In this document: positions 63,490 through 64,000 of the stretch, one piece after another | Numbering within the stretch: the stretch's first letter is position 1 | How the letters are laid out: each line of letters begins with the position of its first letter | Assembly (NCBI GenBank): GCA_902475535.1 | Contig: CABRZR010000001.1 | Span: 15,995-79,994 of the forward strand | Direction of reading: 5' to 3' | DNA length: 64,000 nt | Source: an uncultured Coriobacteriia bacterium | GTDB lineage: Bacteria; Actinomycetota; Coriobacteriia; Coriobacteriales; QAMH01 | Program-made: the position numbers and the translations under genes | The notes under the pieces: generated by a model | Told to the model about the DNA's origin: nothing | Database searches by the model: none | The model's input: only the letters and a program-made list of their open reading frames with translations

Positions 63490-64000
63490 TTAGCCAAGAG
63501 GCTTCTTTTGAGCTATGCCATTCCTTCGAGGCAACTTGATAGAAGCTGGTCCTGTTTTCCTATATACATATATGTTTCTCTCATATACCTCACTAATATA
63601 TATATGTCTCTTCGAAACAAGTTCAAGTCCAAGCTTATCTGCAACTTCTTCGATTTGCTCAGGAGTTTGTTCCTCTTCCTTTCCACGAAGAGCTATAAGC
63701 TCTCCTCCTGGAACTAGGAGAGGTGTTGCAAGCTCCATTACAACGGGAAGAGAAGATACAGCACGTGCAATCACTGTTGTAAAGTGCTCCCCTACCTCAC
63801 GAGCTAAGTCCTCACTCCTTAATCCCCGTGCTTTGATTTGATCACTTAAGGCAAGCTCTTCAATCATCTCCTGCACGGCTCTTGCTTTTTTTTGCACTGA
63901 ATCGATAAGAACACCTGTTCGCCCTGATGCAATTGCCAGGGGAACACCGGGAAATCCTCCTCCTGTACCGATATCGAGGAAATCTCCCTCCTGTCGAGAA
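63490..64000 (-). CDS. rsmG: 16S rRNA (guanine527-N7)-methyltransferase RsmG, 5' end outside the window
   Basis: The frame continues upstream of the track start. Hand translation of 63898..64000 gives FLDIGTGGGFPGVPLAIASGRTGVLIDSVQKKA, the SAM motif. The stop is at 63490. Confidence 0.85.
   Translation of the reverse strand, partial: SRQEGDFLDIGTGGGFPGVPLAIASGRTGVLIDSVQKKARAVQEMIEELALSDQIKARGLRSEDLAREVGEHFTTVIARAVSSLPVVMELATPLLVPGGELIALRGKEEEQTPEQIEEVADKLGLELVSKRHIYISEVYERNIYVYRKTGPASIKLPRRNGIAQKKPLG

Noticed and set aside
1-64000. CRISPR arrays, DGR (TR/VR plus reverse transcriptase), prophage or IS elements, toxin-antitoxin or known defence operons
   Set aside because: No evenly spaced direct repeats with unique spacers were seen. 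No reverse transcriptase, integrase, transposase or phage structural genes are recognisable in any frame.

Overview
High-GC bacterial chromosome window. The taxon is probably Actinomycetota, Coriobacteriia-like; this is inferred only from gene content and composition. The right end carries the origin-proximal rsmG-parA-parB cluster with two perfect parS sites. About two thirds of the window (1..42554) is one minus-strand reading frame that the ORF track does not show. After a signal-peptide start at 42554 or 42533 there is one in-frame TGA at 41202..41204. The same frame then stays open for 13,733 codons and runs off the left edge without a stop. The large + strand ORFs in this region, including the 5245-aa one, are codon-aligned antisense shadows of this GC3-rich gene. 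Hand translation gives a giant secreted surface protein: an Ala/Pro linker, about 20 divergent DUF285/BspA-type 26-residue LRR supermodules with lectin-like inserts, then Listeria-Bacteroides (Flg_new) repeats and MucBP-like repeats. The C-terminus lies outside the window. The most unusual signal is at DNA level. The exact 12-mer GGGTCTGTCCCC occurs 13 times: 10 direct and 1 inverted copy in the last 9 kb of the gene, read in three different peptide contexts, plus a 22-bp-spaced tandem pair 880 bp upstream of the start codon. The remainder (44.2-64 kb) is ordinary housekeeping: a WYL regulator pair, a HemN-like radical SAM protein, DinG with an exonuclease domain, a bifunctional nuclease, PNP, a methyltransferase, an AI-2E transporter, an AmmeMemoRadiSam system, 3 tRNAs, ddl, rlmN, parB, parA and rsmG. 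This part also holds two copies of a 74-bp palindromic element, a 199-bp long hairpin, and a visible GC drop toward the right end. All translations and coordinates were worked out by hand, and no database search was possible.
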